Shown here: positions 43,131 to 57,667 of the stretch, piece by piece
Layout: each line of letters starts with the position of its first letter
Position numbering within the stretch: the first letter of the stretch is position 1
Source of the DNA: Eledone cirrhosa
Lineage: Eukaryota
Assembly: GCA_964016885.1 (NCBI GenBank)
Contig: OZ024753.1
Location: 29,140,001 to 29,204,000 of the forward strand
Reading direction: 5' to 3'
DNA: 64,000 nucleotides
The notes under the pieces: model-generated
What the model was told of the DNA's origin: nothing
The model's input: only the letters and a program-made list of their open reading frames with translations
Databases searched by the model: none
Made by a program: the position numbers and the translations under genes

Positions 43131-43202
43131 CATGTATATATATACATACATACATATATATATATATACATACATATATATATACATACATATATATACA
43201 TG

Positions 43203-43238
<36 letters not shown>

Positions 43239-43339
43239 CATATATACATACAAACACATATATACATATATATATAACACACACACACTATATATATATA
43301 CACACACATACATATATATATATACACATACATACGCAT

Positions 43340-43394
<55 letters not shown>

Positions 43395-43639
43395 TATATA
43401 TATATATATATATACCAATATGTATTTCTTATTTTAATTAAAAAAATAATCCTCTGCTATATTTCTATTTTAATTCCTAATAAAAGGAAATATGTTATTT
43501 TACTAACTTTACTAGTTTGTTATGGAGTAGTTAGTAAACAGCCGGCGGCACTTCTTTACATAATTATATCTTTTATCGGCCATTGATTCGATTTATTTTT
43601 CATCCCGTACTGTTTTGATTTAATTTACTATATTTATAA

Positions 43640-43677
43640 TGTAGTAATGGTAGTGATTGTGCTGGTGGTGGTAGTAA

Positions 43678-43753
<76 letters not shown>

Positions 43754-43855
43754 GGTGGTGGTGGTGGTGGTGGTGGTGGTGGTGGTGGTGGTGGTGGTGG
43801 TGGTGGTGGTGGTGGTGGTAGTAATAGTACTACCACCACCACCACCACCACCACC

Positions 43856-43888
<33 letters not shown>

Positions 43889-43928
43889 GGTGGTGGTGGT
43901 AGTAGTAGTAGCGGTGGTGGTGGTGATG

Positions 43929-43990
<62 letters not shown>

Positions 43991-44070
43991 TGTGGTGGTG
44001 GTGGTGGTGGTGGTGGTGGTGGTGGTGGTAGTAGTAGTGATGGTGGTGGTGGTGGTGGTGGTAGTAGTAA

Positions 44071-44110
<40 letters not shown>

Positions 44111-44325
44111 GGTGGTGGTGGTGGTGGTGGTAGTAGTGGTGGTGGTGGTGGTGGTGGTGGTGGTGGTAGTGGTGGTGGTAGTAGTAATAGTAGTAGTGAT
44201 GGTAGTAGTAGTAATGGTAGTAGTAGATGTAGCAGTAGTAGTGATGGTGGCGATGGTGGTAGTAGCAGTAGTAGCAGTAGGATTAGTAGTAGTAGTACTG
44301 ATGGTAGTAGTAATAGCAGTATTAG
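43640..44325. repeat. (TAG)n/(TGG)n trinucleotide array
   Basis: Directly visible. Confidence 0.95.
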
Positions 44326-45823
44326 TTGGTATGAAGAGCTTGATGCATACAATCAGGTACAATTATACCACATACTCTCATGGTAGATTGTATATGTCTT
44401 TACGTTGTACATTTTATTAATATGGCGGAGTGGAATAGCAGATCCCGTAGAGTGTCGGACAAATCTACTAGGACCAAATTTACATTTCATCCTTCCTTAG
44501 ATCGATAAAATAAAGCACTAGTCGTGTATTGAAATCAATGCAACTGACTATAATGAAGACAATATTTGACCTAACTCGATGTTTTAATATTTATTTTTTA
44601 AATGTTCTCACATTTTAAAAGCTAATATTCAACGTTATAAAAGACGGCATCTGTTATATATATCTGGGATATAACCAATACATCGTTTCCATATGAGATC
44701 ATATTTACCGCGGTAAAGTTATTATTGAGTATATATAGATCAAATAGATCGTATATCTCTGCACATTAAAAAACTCATACCGATAGTAAGTTTTCCTGTG
44801 GAGTCTAATTCTATAATCTAGATCGAATTATTATCAAAGACCAGTTTTTATCACATACATAATAATATCTATTATCTGTATATATCTTAGTGAATTCTCG
44901 AATCTACTATAATAATTATTTCTAATGTAAAAACAGAGACACAGATTTGTAGGGAAACATACGGGAACAGGCGATTATATCAATCTTAGCAAGTCATAAT
45001 TACTTTATTCTTTATTTCATAAACCCACTGAAGGATGAACGCTAAATTTGATCCTACTATTTATCCGATGCTATGGCGGATCTGTCATTCCAATGCTATC
45101 GATTCTTCTATGCTTCTGTCATAGAAATAACAATCTATGAATGACACCGAAATGTATAAACCAAATCCCTCTACAAACATTAGCACAAGAACTGTTATTA
45201 CAACAACTAATATAACCACCACAAGTGTTAATACCACTAATACTACCATTACCATTACTAAAAACATCAGAACCAGCACCCTGCGACCACCACCACTACC
45301 ACAATATCATAAATATAGAAAACCAACTGGATACAAATAACAAAAGATCAAACTAAATTCGTAATAAATTATATGATTGCGTAAAAAAGTGCCTACAGCT
45401 ATTTAGTAAGAAGTGCATGACAAACAGGAAAAATGAAAGAAAATTTAAAATGAATGGTTTAATATAAAATGAAATAGAAATAAAACACAGACAGGATTTT
45501 TCTAAACTTACTTTAACATTTAAGGACAATTATACAACTCATCCCTCAGGTTGAGTGCTCTACCAACTTTGTATATTAATTATGAAATTTAACTACACTA
45601 TCTATATTCTGTTGCTTAAACCATTTTGTTTGTTTACCCTAGCGTCCCCTTTATTTACGTGTCCCAACGGCTTTTTTTAGCCGTTGCTCGCACCAACCTG
45701 AGGTATATAGAATGGCCTTTAAAGCGATGAAATGCCTACGACGGTTGGAAGGCCACTGATGAAGGACAAACTTTTTCATATGTAACCCATTTGCAACGCC
45801 GCAGCTCCATTATTATCATATTT

Positions 45824-45875
<52 letters not shown>

Positions 45876-47092
45876 CACATACTCACGATACGTATTATGC
45901 TAACAAGCTCACATCACCAGGTCATGACGCATGTCATATGGCGACGTCTTCAGGTGTTATTTACATAAATGATTAAGTAATCAATTATTGGATTGCGGCA
46001 AAATATAAACAAAGAATTAATACGGAGGTGATCCATCGATCAGTGTGAACTCAGTGACAGGTCACTGTATGCCACACCCCCAACAATGCCTGTAATTGGG
46101 CAGATGTGCACAAGAAGAAGAAGAAGAAGAAGAAGAAGAAGAAGAAGAAGAAGAAGAAGAAGAAGAAGAAGAAGAAGAAGAAGAAGAAATTTAGATAAAT
46201 ATAGACGTTTCTAGTCAAACAGCGTTTTATTGTAGAAGCTCGGGCGGTTTTAGGCGGTTTGCTATTAAAATGGTTAACGATCCTGTCCTCCAATTTTGGG
46301 ATGACTACATTTCCTTGTTTAGCCATGCGGCGAAGTCTTTATAAATATTGTGTCATGGTTAGATAGTCTGTAACAATAGGAATCGTGCAACAGCACCTTA
46401 GAGTCGTAGATTAAGTATGTAAATTAATTTTACTTTTACTTCCATCTAATTCTTTTATTTTGCTTTTTACAAATAGATCTGAGTTCCTCTCTGTTTTCTT
46501 TGATATATTATAAATGCACACACTCGCTCAAACAAGAAGAACCCCCACCCCCACCACATTATATTATAGGAATAGTACAACTCTTCCTACATAACTAACA
46601 CATCATAATTGTTGCAGTTGTATTACTTGAGTATTGGTGTTGTTGAGTTAGTAAATGATGGAATGTTATTTATATAACCAAACTTTGAAAGTAACGCTTT
46701 CAGATTTTTAATCATGCATGATGATGTTTCACAGTTTGGATTCTAGTTTTCTTCTTTAGTCCCTATGTTACAGTATCCTCAGCAGGTATATTTCTCATAT
46801 GGAACAAATGACAAATATGTACCAACCTCTGGTTGAGACAAAAATACTAGATGCTCTCATCAACCAACAAACTATATACTCGATGACATAAAAACTTGTG
46901 ATTATATAAATGTACTGGTGATATATTCTTTCTTTGAACATTCAGTCTAATATATTTTGGGCGGTTGTGACAACATAGCGAGTAACTCGGTTCTTTGTGT
47001 TACTAAGTGCAAAATTCAACATCGCTATTTTTATCAGTCTACAGTCTATACAAAAATAGTAACACATTTTTCTTTCTTTTTTTTTTAATTAC

Positions 47093-47287
47093 ATAATCGG
47101 AAGAGGAGAGGCGTTGTCTATAACCTTTACAGGATCTTCCAGATTGTGAGAACGATGCCGGTTGATCTTTGGTAGAGATGGAACATTTTTCAGCGGCAAT
47201 GAAATTGCTGCAGACCTAGAAAACTGGTTGCACAAAGGAGGCATAATACAAACCCTTGTAGCAAAGAGAACTCCGCTAAAAAAAACC
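47093..47287 (-). CDS. Possible host exon (unknown gene)
   Basis: Unique sequence with open frame (MPPLCNQFSRSAAISLPLKN..), pyrimidine-rich CAG acceptor and GTAATT donor; no recognisable domain. Confidence 0.25.
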
Positions 47288-47926
47288 TGATAAAGGAACA
47301 CAGCAGGAGGAAACAAAAACATCACTGATGATGTCACAGATATGTGTGACGAAAGAACTCCGAGAAACTATATTTATATCTATATTTTTTAACTGTTGGT
47401 CAATCAAGGATAAACATTGATTGCCAGCTGAATTATTTACAGGAATATAAAAACACACTGAAGCGAAAACCAAACCAAACAGTGAGTGTGTTTTACTATA
47501 TTTTTCTGGCAATCACAAGATTCTCCCCAAGTATAACAATAATAAATTAAAACTTTTCTCAGCAAGACACGGGCCACATAATGTAAAGAACATTTGTCAT
47601 AATTTAATAAATAATAGCAATGTATTAATTGTATAAAACTAATGTAGCAGAGAGTTAAAGCAAAGGGCAATAGATAAAGATATTAATGCTGAATTAATAG
47701 CTGAAAATGTATAGGTGAAAGGGAAACTGTAAATCAATAAACCTACTTCTTTTTATTTTTTTGCTATTGACTATTTTCGTGGCAAAATTTTTTTAGTTTG
47801 CTCTATTTACAGTATCAAATTTGTACTACTCTATTAAATTAATTTCAGCGATATTCCAGTTTTTTAGTTTATTTTCATCTTTATATATCATTATTATTAT
47901 TATTATTTTGAGTTATATTATTATAT

Positions 47927-48038
47927 TGAGTTCAAATCCCGCCGAGGTTAACTTTGCCTTTCATCCTTACGGGGTCGATAAAATAAAGTACCAGTAATGC
48001 ACTGGGTAATTGCTGGCCTTGTGCCAAAAGTAGAAACA

Positions 48039-48105
<67 letters not shown>
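47927..48105 (+). mobile_element. 5'-truncated SINE with (ATT)n tail
   Basis: Main SINE family from box B onward. Confidence 0.85.
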
Positions 48106-48107
<2 letters not shown>

Positions 48108-48289
48108 TATTTAGTTAGTTTTGAAATAAGATCACTCAAGACACTGAAGGAATTCATCAAAAGTCGATGGATCAAATTTTGTTTTATTAAACAGTATATG
48201 TTTTATTTTCAATTTAAAAACATTGTCAATGATGAGTGGTAAAAATTGCTCTTACTTAGTGATTCATACTTTGGTACAATAGCTTCTTA

Positions 48290-48345
<56 letters not shown>

Positions 48346-48622
48346 TTTCATTTATTAGCCACAAGGGCCGACATGTAGGGGACAATACAAAGACAGGGAC
48401 AGTGGGGGTTTACAATAAGGTCGAGTAAAAGTGCACAATGGCAAGACTAATTTAACAATGAACATATAAAAATATAAAATAAACTATGCATAAATATAAC
48501 AAAATAAATTCCCCGATAGGGGGTGGACGACCCTGGAGTGATTCGGGTACCCCACTAATCCTGAACCACCCTGCGCTTCTAGGGCACCCAGGGAGAGCAC
48601 CCCTCTCCTCAAGTTAGCCAGC

Positions 48623-51600
48623 CTATAGGCGCATGGTCAGAGTAGGCCCATTCACACGAGCCATTCTCGCCACATTCACCCACCTTTTAGCAAATGTACT
48701 GGGGGGCAGCACTTCTCTCTCCACCCTCACCTTCCTTTCCTTGAAGAAGTTGATGAGGGATTGGCCGAAGAGAAAAGTGCCTGTCTTTAGTCCTTTCAAC
48801 CTGGTCCACCATATAATCTCTTTCGCAACTGCCACCAGACAGAGGAAAATTTCCTGCTCTTCCTGACCTAAGGAAGGCGGTGGATTGATCTTCACTATGG
48901 ACTCGGCCGATAGCCGGATTCGTTCCACACGCGACAGTAGCTGTTCGACATAACTCCCCAAGTCAGTAATGCACGGACATTGGACAAGTGCGTGCAGAAC
49001 GGTTTCGTCGTTCTGTGCGCATCTTGGGCAGGTCCGTCTGACAGCACTTCCGTGCCTGTAGAGTTTATCCCGAACCGGCAGTGCCCCCCGGTAGCACTGC
49101 CAAGCGAGGGATTTCTGGAAATTGTCCATCGTCCCCGGCTCAAAAGTCCTCCGGTACAGACTGGTTAGTTCGACTTCGTCGAGGCCCAAAGCTTCTCCGA
49201 ATGCGTCATCGCACTTGCCCACCACTAATCCTCTATAGAACTCGAGAGTGGAAGTTCCACTGATCGCATTGCCCGCTTGGTAGAGGGCAGTGAGTGCCTG
49301 GCAACATTCCAGGTGGTAGTCACCCAGTCTCCGTCTCTTCTTGACCCAGGACTGCAGCTCAGTCAAAGAAATGAGCTGCGGAAAGGCCCGTCTGATAAAC
49401 GGCGACCACACCTGTTCACCGTTGAGGCAGAATATCTGGAGATGTCGCAGCCTCAACGCATGTCTGCGCATCATTAGCCACGGCATGCCCAGCCCTCCGC
49501 GTAGAGGGTGCTGGCAGCAGATGGACCGCCTCACCAACGGAACTTGTCCCCTCCACAAGAATTTGAAGAGGAGCCGTTCTAACTTGACGAGGCGCGGACG
49601 GGGGCAAGGCACGACGGTCAGGCGGTAGTAGATGACGGACGCGATGTACGCATTCGCCACCTCCGCGCGACCTTTCAGTGATAGCTTCCTCCCAGCCCAT
49701 TTTTGGGTGAGACTGGCTACTCTGCTCGTTACCTCGTCCCAATTCTTTTCCACCTGGAGGTCTGGTCCGAACCAAACCCCGAGCAACTTTACCGTTCCGT
49801 CCGTCCAGCGCCCCACGACACTGTTGGACGGCATGGGCTTGCCTCTCCAGGTTCCGAGCTGCAAGCCCACCGACTTTTCCGGGTTAAGTTTGGCTCCTGT
49901 CAACCTTTCATATTCCTTCAATAAGGTGCCGACCACCTCGATTTCTGAGGTGTTCGACACCATCACGGTGATGTCGTCCGCATAAGCCGACACCGCCTTT
50001 CCACGTCCCGGTTCGAGCGGGATGCCCTGCAACAGCTCCAGTTTCCGCATTAAAGGCTCGAGAGTCAATACATACAGAAGGGAAAAGAGAGGGCATCCTT
50101 GACGGACCGATCGGGAGAGCCGAAATGGTTCCGAGAGGTGGCCATTAACCTTGACCACCGAGCGTGTGCCGCTGTGCATTGCAACGATCCAGCTTCTAAA
50201 GACAGGGCCGAAGCCAGCTGCTTTGAGGACAAACTCCAGATACCGATGGTCGACACTATCGAATGCTTTCGATTGATCTAAATTGATCAGTGCCCCACCG
50301 AAGCCAGGTTTACACCCAACCCTCTCTATGATGTATCGCATGAGGTGGAGATTGTCGTGTATGGACCTGGCTGGGAATGCGCAAGTTTGCGCCTCCCCAA
50401 CCAAATCCTCGACGACAAGCGCCAATCTCTTTGCTAACACCTTGGCCAAAATCTTAAAATCTGTGTTGAGCAGAGTTATGGGCCTGAAGTTGTCTAATGT
50501 ATCCCTCTTGTTCTCGTCTTTCCTAATCAGCGTCACCACTTCCCTGCTCACAGAACTGGGAATACTCCCATTCTGCTGCCAGTTGCAGTAGAGTGCTTCG
50601 AGGAGTTCGGAGAACAAGTCTGGCATATTTACGTAAAGCTCGTAGGGCAGGCCATCCAAACCGGGTGACTTGCGCTTCATGCAGCCGACAAGGGCATCCT
50701 GAATTTCGGCTGAAGTAATCGGCCTTTCGCAGCGCTCAGCGTCGACCGTCGAGATGCGCGGCAAGCCGTCAAGGTAGGGACTGAAATCCGCTACTCTCTC
50801 TGACTCGCCACTCTCCCTGAACAACCGAGCAAAGTGCTGGTGAAAGGCCTCACACATCCGCTTGGAATCGCTTATCTCGTGTCCGTCTCGGTCCACCAAA
50901 GACCGAATTGTGGTTTTATTACCACGCTGCGCCTCCGCCACGCGGGCCCATCGAACAGCTTTAGTTCCCTCGTTTCTCAGCGCACGCGCCTTAGCTCTGA
51001 CAATGCAACCTTCGTGTTTGGTATTGAAGAAATGGTCTAATGCCATTCTCGCCGCTAGCACGTCAGTTGCGATGCCACTACAAATAGCCTCGTCTAACTT
51101 ATCTACCAGCTCCCCCTCCTTTCTATTTTTCTCTAACGCTAGTTCTTTGCTGAACTCTATCGAAGTTACTCTAATCTCTCTTTTGAGAGCCACCCACCAT
51201 CTGTTGTTGATGATCCCCCCTGTCAACTTTTGCTTAACTAAATTGTTGACTCGGTCCCTGTAAGCCTTACGTGCCGGAAATGACATATTCAGCTTCCAGT
51301 AACCCGGTCCTAACCTACGCGTTTTATTTAGGTCGACCGTACAGATCACAAATTTGTGATCTGAATAGGCGACTGTTTTAAAAAGTGGACAGCCCACACT
51401 ATTTCTATCTATTTTCCTAATGAAGATCCTGTCTATATACGATCTAGATGACCCCATTCGGTTGGTCCATGTCCATACTGGCACATTGGGGAAATCTAGT
51501 CGATACCTGTCAGACAGTTGGAACTGGCTGAGTAGGTGCTTGAGGCTTTTGCACCCCCCGCTCCTATCGGCTACTCCCACACAATCCCGCTAACAGTAAA

Positions 51601-52008
51601 GGGCGAGACGTACCCAGAAAGGTCTCCAGGCGCCTAAAGAATTCAGGTCGTCCGGCCCCTGTAGGGGCGTAGACGGCCAGCAGTCTAAAGACACCACCTT
51701 CGCTACTGCTCACATCCAAGACCACCAACTTACCGTCCGGGTCCCGGAAGATCGACCTTACCTCGAGATCCAGTCCTTTCCTAAACAGCACTGCCACCCC
51801 ACCCCGACCCCCATTCCCGGCCTGCTAACAGATGCGAAGATCTGATAGTCGTCGAAAATGGGGGCAAGTGTGCGCGTGTCGGAAATTCTGGTCTCGCTTA
51901 CGGCAATCACATCCATTTCCAGCGACCGGAGGTTGTTGAGCAGGCGACCCTGCTTCCAGGGTGACCCCAGGCCGCGAAATTTAAACTTCCTACTCTTAAT
52001 ATGGCCAT
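48623..52008 (-). CDS. LINE ORF2: AP-endonuclease plus reverse transcriptase (about 3 frameshifts in the APE part)
   Basis: MAILRVGSLN/RGL..AVSET, VYAP, SYIDR, YSDH; SPGLDGLP, FRPITLLNTDFK, LDQSKAFD, RQGCP, YADD; C-terminal CPRC..H..C. Confidence 0.9.
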
Positions 52009-53975
52009 ATGGCCAGAAGGAAGGTTTACTTACCTCCCGGGTCTTGTGAAGGTCGGGTGGTTCGACCTCCATGGTTGGTGGGGTTTCTTTTGGGAACCCC
52101 TTTAAAAGTCTTGATGTGGGTTTCACATTCGGGGTTCCCACGTCTTGAGGAAAGCTTTCTCGAATTTCTTTGAAGGAATTGAGTGATATTCGGACCAGAA
52201 GCAAATCTCCTGGCACGCAAAATGTGCTCATTTCAAAAATCTCCCCCTCTGTTTGAATGTCCTCGCTTTGCGCTAAGAGGGCCATCAGTTTATCGTTGGC
52301 CCTTCTGACAAGCACGAAGTTTTTAACATTTTGTTGGTGTGGTTTTATTTGTTTTCGTTTTGGTGACTGTGGTGGCGATGGTTTTGGTGTTGTTGTTTCG
52401 GGTATGTCTATGTTTGTTGTAGGTGTGGTGTCTGTAATTTCAGGTATTTGTGTGTTTATTTGTACTTGTGTTTGTTTAGGTTGTTTGCGTTTCGGGGATT
52501 GTGGAGGTGGTGTCGATGTTGCTGTTGGTGATGATCTTATTGGGGAAGTGTTTGTGTTAGTGGTGTCTGTATTTTTTGTTGTGTATGTTTTTGTGTTTTG
52601 TTGGGGCTTTTTTTTTTGTGAGTTTTCTCTGTTTTTTTGCACTTTTGGGTTTTCCTTCATCTTCGCTGCTGGAAGACAAAGGGTCTGTTTCTGTGAGTGT
52701 CTCTGTGTCTCTGTGTGCGTTTATTGTTTTGTCTATGTGTATAATTGGGGGGGGGGGGCTTTCCTCGTTTTCTCCTTGGACTGGTTTTGGTGTTGGTGGT
52801 GATCCGGCTGCTTTTGATGTTGGTGTCCGTGTTTTTGTTGGTGTTGTTTTTGGTGGTGGTGGTGGTGCAGCTTTCCGTGCTGACACTGGCGTTGGCAACA
52901 AAGGAGGTTTGCGACCCCCTGCATTTTTGCGCTGAGGGCAGAAGGCTTGAAGATGCGTTGCTTCCCCGCAGACGAAGCAGCGTGGCCTTCTTCCGTCAAT
53001 GATTAGTTGGATTGTTGTCCCGTCGTACAGGCGGGCAAAATCCGGGATGTTATTCATATCCTCCGGTTTCATTTGGAGAAGAATCTCCAAATCCATTCCG
53101 GACCAGTCCTCTCTCTCTGTCCTTTTGATATCCAGGAGGGTAGTGTCTGTCCCCTCCTCAATTACGCATCCCAGCAGCCACCATATGTTCATTCCTGGTG
53201 GGATGCTGGGAATGCGTACCTTTACTGTCCTTTTACCCATGTAGGACGGATGTATGATAATGCGTTCCGTTCTGCAGGGGGTCACCGAGTGCTTAATAGC
53301 GAGGGCCTCGGTTTTGAACAGTACCGAGATGGTACCGAACTGTTTGCCTCTTGCTTTGTACTCTATGTTACTTCCGATGTACTCCAAAGCAGCCTCTACC
53401 TCTGCTTGGTTCGCAAGTTCCACTTTTCGTGTCTGCACCGAAATACATCGAAAGAACACCGTCCTCCTTTGCATGGCCGCTATTGCCTCGTCCGGGATGG
53501 TCAGGTTTGCCCAGGACTTCTCCCGTTTAATTAGCCTCCACGCTTTGGCCAACTGTTCGTCTTTATCGCTAATATCAATATCAATATTCAATAAGCGCTT
53601 TGTTTTTGCTGCTGCTGCAACAAATGTGGTGTTTCTGATGCTCTTATTGTTGGTGTTGTCATTCTTGCTGTTGTTATTGGTGTTGCCACCGCCATCCGTG
53701 TTTACATTGAAGCTGTCGCTGTTATTGTCGTTATTGCTCTGAGTTGTTGTTGTTGTTGTGGTGGTGGTGGTGGTGGTGGTGGTGATGTCGTTTTCAGATG
53801 ATACTGCTGCTATCACAGAAGGTTGTGATGGTAGCTTTTGAGTTTTGCCTTCACATTCAGTAGAGTGGATGACAGGCATGACTGTAGCCGTCGTAGTCGT
53901 GGTGAAATCTGCAGTGGCTGCCTTTAAACTTTTGACCTGAACGTTGTTTACCGTTTCAAGGTCGAAAATTTCCAT
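51990..53975 (-). CDS. LINE ORF1 (gag-like, CCHC zinc knuckle), one frameshift near 52610
   Basis: CFVCGEATHLQAFC; two overlapping ORFs (52557-53975, 51758-52660) join at a T homopolymer. Confidence 0.8.
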
Positions 53976-54225
53976 AATTTTCTTTTGGTGGGGAAGCGAT
54001 TTTTTTCGAAGTTTTTAAAAATAAATCTGAATATTCGGGCTTAAAGCCCGAATATTGAGAGGTATCCCTCTCTTTAAATCAAGATGTGTACCTTAAGTTT
54101 CGTTAACGACAAGAAAATACAAAAAATGACACTCTAAAACAGCTTAAAGTTACGAACCTTTTCCCCCGCAGATTTGTACTGTCTTCACACATGTGCGGCC
54201 ATAATAATAATAATAATAATAATAA

Positions 54226-54585
54226 TCGTGCCTGATTGTGGATGTAGCCTGCCCATTCGACACGAGAGTGCAAGAGAAGGAGAGGGAGAAAATTAACCGA
54301 TACCAGGACTTAAAGTGGGAGGTAAAAAGGATTTGGAATTGCCATGAGGTCAAAGTGGTCCCGATTGTCATAGGTGCACTAGGTACTATCTCAAAGAGTT
54401 TCCAAGGATGGTTAAAGAAAATTGGCCCCGCCCCGCTTTTTGGAACACTTCAAAAGGTATGCTTGCTGGGAACAGCAAGAACCCTCCGATATGTCCTGAA
54501 TATCTGAGGCTGCAGGTAGTGGCTTGATATTCATTTCAACAAACTTTCCAGTTAAATAACATCAATGACTGAGACTCAAAGAACA
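54226..54585 (+). mobile_element. Dong/R4-clade non-LTR 3' fragment (restriction-like endonuclease) in (TAA)n
   Basis: CLIVDVACPFD..EREKINRYQDLKWEVKRIW..VVPIVIGALG..LQKVCLLGTARTLR; (TAA)n on both sides. Confidence 0.85.
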
Positions 54586-54902
54586 ATAATAATAATAATA
54601 ATGAAATTACGGCACATAGTTGTATCTCTGTTAATATACAAAATATTGGTTTCCATCTATAATCAAACACTCCAGGGTGCCCACTAGCTGTTGTTTAGTT
54701 GTAGCTGTTTCAGCCTCCATCGAGCAAATCTAAGCCGATAAGACAGAGAACATACATAAAAAACAGCAACATCAAAAACATCATAGCTACGATATAAATA
54801 TACAGATGCGTTTAGATTTACGAGCAATGTATAATATCCGAACACAAAACAACCAAGTTCCCACTGTCATTGCCTCCGTCTCTCCTGCTCTCCCCATCTC
54901 TC

Positions 54903-55000
54903 ATCCCGCCGAGGTTAACTTTGCCTTTCATCCTTACGGAGTCGATAAAATAAAGTACCAGTAATACACTGGGTAATTGCTGGCCTTGTAGAAACAATTA
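54903..55000 (+). mobile_element. Truncated SINE (main family)
   Basis: ATCCCGCCGAGGTTAACTTTGCCTTTCATCC... Confidence 0.8.
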
Positions 55001-56846
55001 TTGTGAGCAAATGGGGGCCCATGCGTTGGCTGCCCCGCGACCGCCGCGGACAGAATGTGTAAGTCTTTAAAGATTTTAATGAAAATGGTTTACGGTAATT
55101 GTTACGGTTCTCTGTGCTCCAAATTCAAATCCTTCCGAGATGAACTCAGCCATTTATCTTTTCGGTATCGATAAATAAAGAATTAATGCAGGGATAGTGG
55201 AGCAACGATCCGGTTCTATGCTATATGTGGTAAAATCTTGCTTCATATCACTGAAAAGAAATGGTAGAATGAAGGAACAGGGCTCTATTATTAAAACACA
55301 AAAGAAACCTCCTATCAATTGCAACTCATAGAATATTGACATCTACGCAGGTGGGGGTCGTAACAAAAAACTATTGGCAAAATCCTTAGAATTTTTAAGC
55401 TGGAATGGCTCTTCCAGACCATCTCCCTCACCCTCCTCCGGGGAAATACCTTCTCCATTCTGTCCGCCGGAGCCACGAGGCGGCCAGCACGTGGGCCCCC
55501 ATTTGTTCATAATAGTGAGAGATGTATATATACATATACATACACATATATATATATACATACATATACATACATACGGCAGTGACAATGGGAGTTTGGT
55601 TCTTTTGTGTTCGAACCTTGTGTATGTATATATGTTTGACGGCCACACATTTATGTATGTGACCCCTCGTGGAAATTATACAACATTCCACAAACTCTCA
55701 TTTCAATGTATTTTTGCTGACACAAGCCCACTTTACATTCCTTAAATTCCGAATTTTAAATTCACACTATGATTATAGCCATTCTAATCCTAACAATACC
55801 ATCTTATATATAGACATTGTGTACCTTGGACTACATTAACCAACGTTTAACTATATTTTTCAATTGCCATTTAACGAAGATTGAATTCCCAACTCTTTTA
55901 AGACGACAATGTGAAGAAGATTTAGTTTCCATTACTATTAGATCTAGATGATCCCTCGTCCATTAAATCTTTGTATTCAGTAGTTCATTCCATCAGTCAC
56001 GCTAGTTTATTTATATATTTACCAATGCAATTAATTTGGCATGTAATTTAAGCCAGGTTTACAAATGAATACAGATAAAGAAATTACATTAAATAATTAT
56101 TGACTCAGTCGCCAACGCATCAAATTCCCAAATAGATGTTTTTGCTAGATCCATAACTGGGGAATTTTCATTTTGGTTTCAATTAATAAAAAAAAAGTGT
56201 CAGCATATTATTTCGAGTCAAAATTGCTATTCAAGTGTTATCAACACTTATTTTTTTCTAAGACTTGTCTACATGACGTCCACCGGATGTTTTCAGCTGA
56301 CAGTTCCATTGATTTACTTATATATATATACATATATTATTTGCATTACTGATGTTTGACCTCAGTGTGTGACCACTGAATAAATATTTCTTGTAAATAA
56401 ATCATTTCTTTGAATTATAGTAACTGTCACACACACACACCGCCTGTGAGGGGGGTAGTCCAACTGGTACTTTGTTCCGGGACCCAGGAGCTAAGAAGGC
56501 CTCACAACAACCATGCAACATTCATTTTGAGAAAAATCCTTGCCTGCTTTGGGCCCCAAAGGAGTCTTTTACTGCACTGTAAAATTTCTCTTCGAGGCTC
56601 TGGTCACATACGCAAACACACACACACACACGCACACACATACACACACGCAATCACCTCCTCCCACATACACACATAGTTAAATCTGGCATTATCTGAG
56701 TTTGCTAAAGTAGTGACTTAAGTGTGTAGAGTTTCGTTCCAAAGCAATCTTGGCAAGAAAATACGATAACCTTGAGTCTCGCCTGTAAAAATCTCAATTA
56801 ATAAATGATTACATAAACCCTAACTTTCCGAAATCATTATTTCGTC

Positions 56847-56940
<94 letters not shown>

Positions 56941-57021
56941 GGTAAACAGAAATAACAACACAATCGGTAAAGTATATCGAAAGGATATACTAGATTAACG
57001 CTTGATATAGCAGGAAGAGGG

Positions 57022-57057
57022 TCTTAACGTTTCGGACGCTAGTCCTTCATCAGAAGA
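57022..57057 (-). ncRNA. Minimal type-I hammerhead ribozyme
   Basis: Minus strand: TCTT CTGATGA A GGAC-TAGC-GTCC GAAA CG TT AAGA; stem III palindrome ACGT. Confidence 0.85.
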
Positions 57058-57426
57058 AAGAATGAGAAATAAGATAGATTGAGGGGACGGGTGGGTTGGA
57101 ATTGAAGAAAATGTCTTAAGATAAAAATAACAGGTCCATTAATGTTGACATCAGGAAGCCGAACCACGTCAGACCTCAAGTTAATTCTCCGAAGGGTTAT
57201 GGGCATCGAAAACAACCAGCCTCAATCATTTGCATTCACCAACTTGACAGATTAGTGGCGAATATGGCACAGGTGTGCTCACGCCAAGGGCCTGTTCGAT
57301 TCCTTCATAATAAAGCTCTGTTACCTGTTTTCTTTATTTTGGTAGGTTTTTGTGTAAATCGCCACTGTCCTTCTCCTCATATATAGTTGTTTATGTTTCG
57401 GCCCCAGGGGCCAATATAGAATTATT

Positions 57427-57617
57427 GTGGATTGGCCGAATCGGTAGAGGGTCGGTCGCAATGCTTTGCGGCATAAAGTTACGGCCCTTGCCATTCTGAG
57501 TTCAAATCCCGCTGAGGTTAACGTTGCCTTTCATCCTTACGGGGTCGATAAAATAAAGTACCAGTAATGTACTGGGGTAATTGCTGGCCTTGTGCCTAAA
57601 GTAGAAACAATTATTAT
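57427..57617 (+). mobile_element. tRNA-derived SINE (main family)
   Basis: Box A/B and tail as at 22293. Confidence 0.85.
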
Positions 57618-57621
57618 TGTT

Positions 57622-57631
57622 ACCATCATCT

Positions 57632-57667
<36 letters not shown>

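Larger units (their letters stand above)
48345..54200 (-). mobile_element. Apparently full-length Tx1/L1-clade LINE flanked by (TAA)n
   Basis: ORF1 with zinc knuckle, ORF2 with APE and RT, 3' UTR, (ATT)n tail; (TAA)n also at the 5' end. Confidence 0.9.

Noticed and set aside
43600-44420. Poly-Pro/Thr/Val ORFs
   Set aside because: (TAG)/(TGG) microsatellite
45755-45790. CTGATGAAGG hammerhead-like start
   Set aside because: No downstream GAAA, stem III or stem I
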